Source: Haliotis rufescens (lineage: Eukaryota). Taken from it: 64,000 bases of DNA. The DNA lies in the NCBI RefSeq assembly GCF_023055435.1, contig NW_025964377.1, positions 496,001 to 560,000 on the forward strand, read 5' to 3'. A model generated the notes under the pieces. That model saw only the letters and a list, made by a program, of their open reading frames with translations, did no database searches and was not told the origin of the DNA. The position numbers and the translations under genes were made by a program. How positions within the stretch are numbered: position 1 is the first letter of the stretch; every line of letters begins with the position of its first letter. Shown here piece by piece: positions 62,380 through 64,000 of this stretch.

Positions 62380-64000
62380 CACTTTAAGGATTTCCAATTC
62401 TTACAGTTGCTTATGGAAAGCCAACACTCAAGACGACAAAAGCATAAAAATAACAATAAAAAAGCTGTAGTTTATTCTATTTCAATAATATTACATTTTT
62501 TTATTTTTTAAAAAACTGTTTAATAGTTTCTGAAATCTGTGAAATGTGTGAACACAAAACTTAACTTTTTTTACGACAAAACCTTAAAACAAGAACGAAA
62601 CATGCCATCAGCAAGTGTAGAAGTCCACACGGTCAACAAGCACATTGAGACCCATTTCTCAATTTCTGTGTTTGACTGACAGATGATACAACAACATGAA
62701 ATACAAGATTTTGACCACAAATACACGAAGCAGCTGATTGGTCAGATGTGACGAGCCAGCGACCTATTTGAAGCAGGGAGACCAGTCCCATGATTTCCAC
62801 AACCTGAACTAACTCCATGGTATTTACCAGGCAATGGCTTCATGACAGGACAAACAAGGAATCCAATGAGCTGAACTGTCGGGGACCTTTCAGAAAGACA
62901 CAGTGCTCCCTTTTTCTCAATATCCTCTTGCTTTTCCAACTGTGAAAGTAGGCACAGGTCACTAGTCATTCATACTGCTTGCTAGCATACCCAAGCATTC
63001 AGCTTGTGCAAAATCCCAACCATTTCCCCTAATAGTCTGTGGGCCTTGTCAAAAATGGGGAATTCTTAAAAGATTCAGTCAAGCAGTCTTCTACGTTATT
63101 ACTTCAGGCTGACAACCTCACAAAAGCCGCCCATGTTAAAACTGGCCGACACAATGGCCGATTTCGGGGCAGTTCTTCACCATTCATTCCCTCCCTTCCC
63201 CCTTCAAGATGCAAACATGGGCGCACAGAAAACCTACGATTTACTCATTCGCATATTCCACCAGTGAACCGTGCTCAGGCCAGAGAAAATCACCAGTCTG
63301 GTTGTCACAACCCCCAATTTCCAAAACAGTAACGTCCTATCGGAAATAATAAGGACAAATCAAGGGGGATAATTTGCCACGGGGATGATTGCCTCTCCCA
63401 AGAATTGTAGTGCTAATTGGAGACTTGTCCTGCCGTACAATCGTGCCAAGTCACGTGAAAACCCTGTTGGCTCGATTCTATATCACCTTCACCTCAAAGC
63501 TCTTCGCATTATAGGTTCACACAATTAAAAAAGATTTTCACTCAACTGATGCGTAAACGTGAATTTCCGTATTTTGAAACCCCTTTCAGACAAACCGTTT
63601 TACAAAAAAAGTCGACTCAGCCTTCCGTGTGGTCTATATTGTAACCATAGCAACCAGTAGGCCCATCTTAACAAATGGTGTAATTCTCGGCTCGTGTGCT
63701 CGCTTCTGTGGAGGATATTCCCCAATGGAGGACTCGCACAGCCACCTTCTCCTCGTCCATGGACACAATAAGCGAGTAGAGGGATTTCGAGTTCTTTTGT
63801 CGCCAGTGAATTCCCCTTGACTTTTGACAATCCAAAAACATTTCAAAAGCTCAGCGGGAATGCTCGTACCAAGAACACAGTTACTATGGACTAACTCAGA
63901 GAGCATTATCAGTTTCAGTGTAGACAAACCAGTGAAGTCTTTTGCTTCACGTCTTCAATTACAGCAGCTAACAACAGCCTATTGTGTAGGAAAACTTAGC

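Noticed and set aside
62633-63927. Short minus-strand ORFs as candidates for the Ihog signal-peptide exon
   Set aside because: I found none with a convincing hydrophobic signal followed by a phase-1 donor; the exon may lie beyond the window.

Overview
Eukaryotic, intron-rich animal DNA, most likely a gastropod mollusc (inferred from gene content and SINE style, not verified). It holds two protein-coding genes, both on the minus strand. (1) A TRIM E3 ligase (RING, two B-boxes, coiled coil, NHL-like propeller), uninterrupted from ATG 1429 to the window start. (2) An Ihog/Boi/Cdon/Boc-family Hedgehog co-receptor, which I assembled by hand as 17 phase-consistent GT-AG coding exons (61137 to 25723, about 1150 codons: 5 Ig, a polybasic linker, 2 FNIII, TM, cytoplasmic tail). 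Its signal-peptide exon was not found, and it probably has a ~4.4 kb 3' UTR. The rest is dense in mobile DNA: three tRNA-headed SINE families, a tRNA-less SINE-like family with a fixed and structured 5' end, small palindromic Penelope-type insertions carrying a hammerhead-like core, TA-flanked MITEs, Tc1 and LINE relics, and many minisatellites, several visibly grown from transposon segments. There is one assembly gap (2682-2885). The strongest leads are the candidate self-processing RNA head of the tRNA-less element, the hammerhead-bearing palindromes, and unusual Ihog features (fifth Ig cassette, polybasic exon, possible dual-frame tail). Repeat boundaries without TSDs are approximate.
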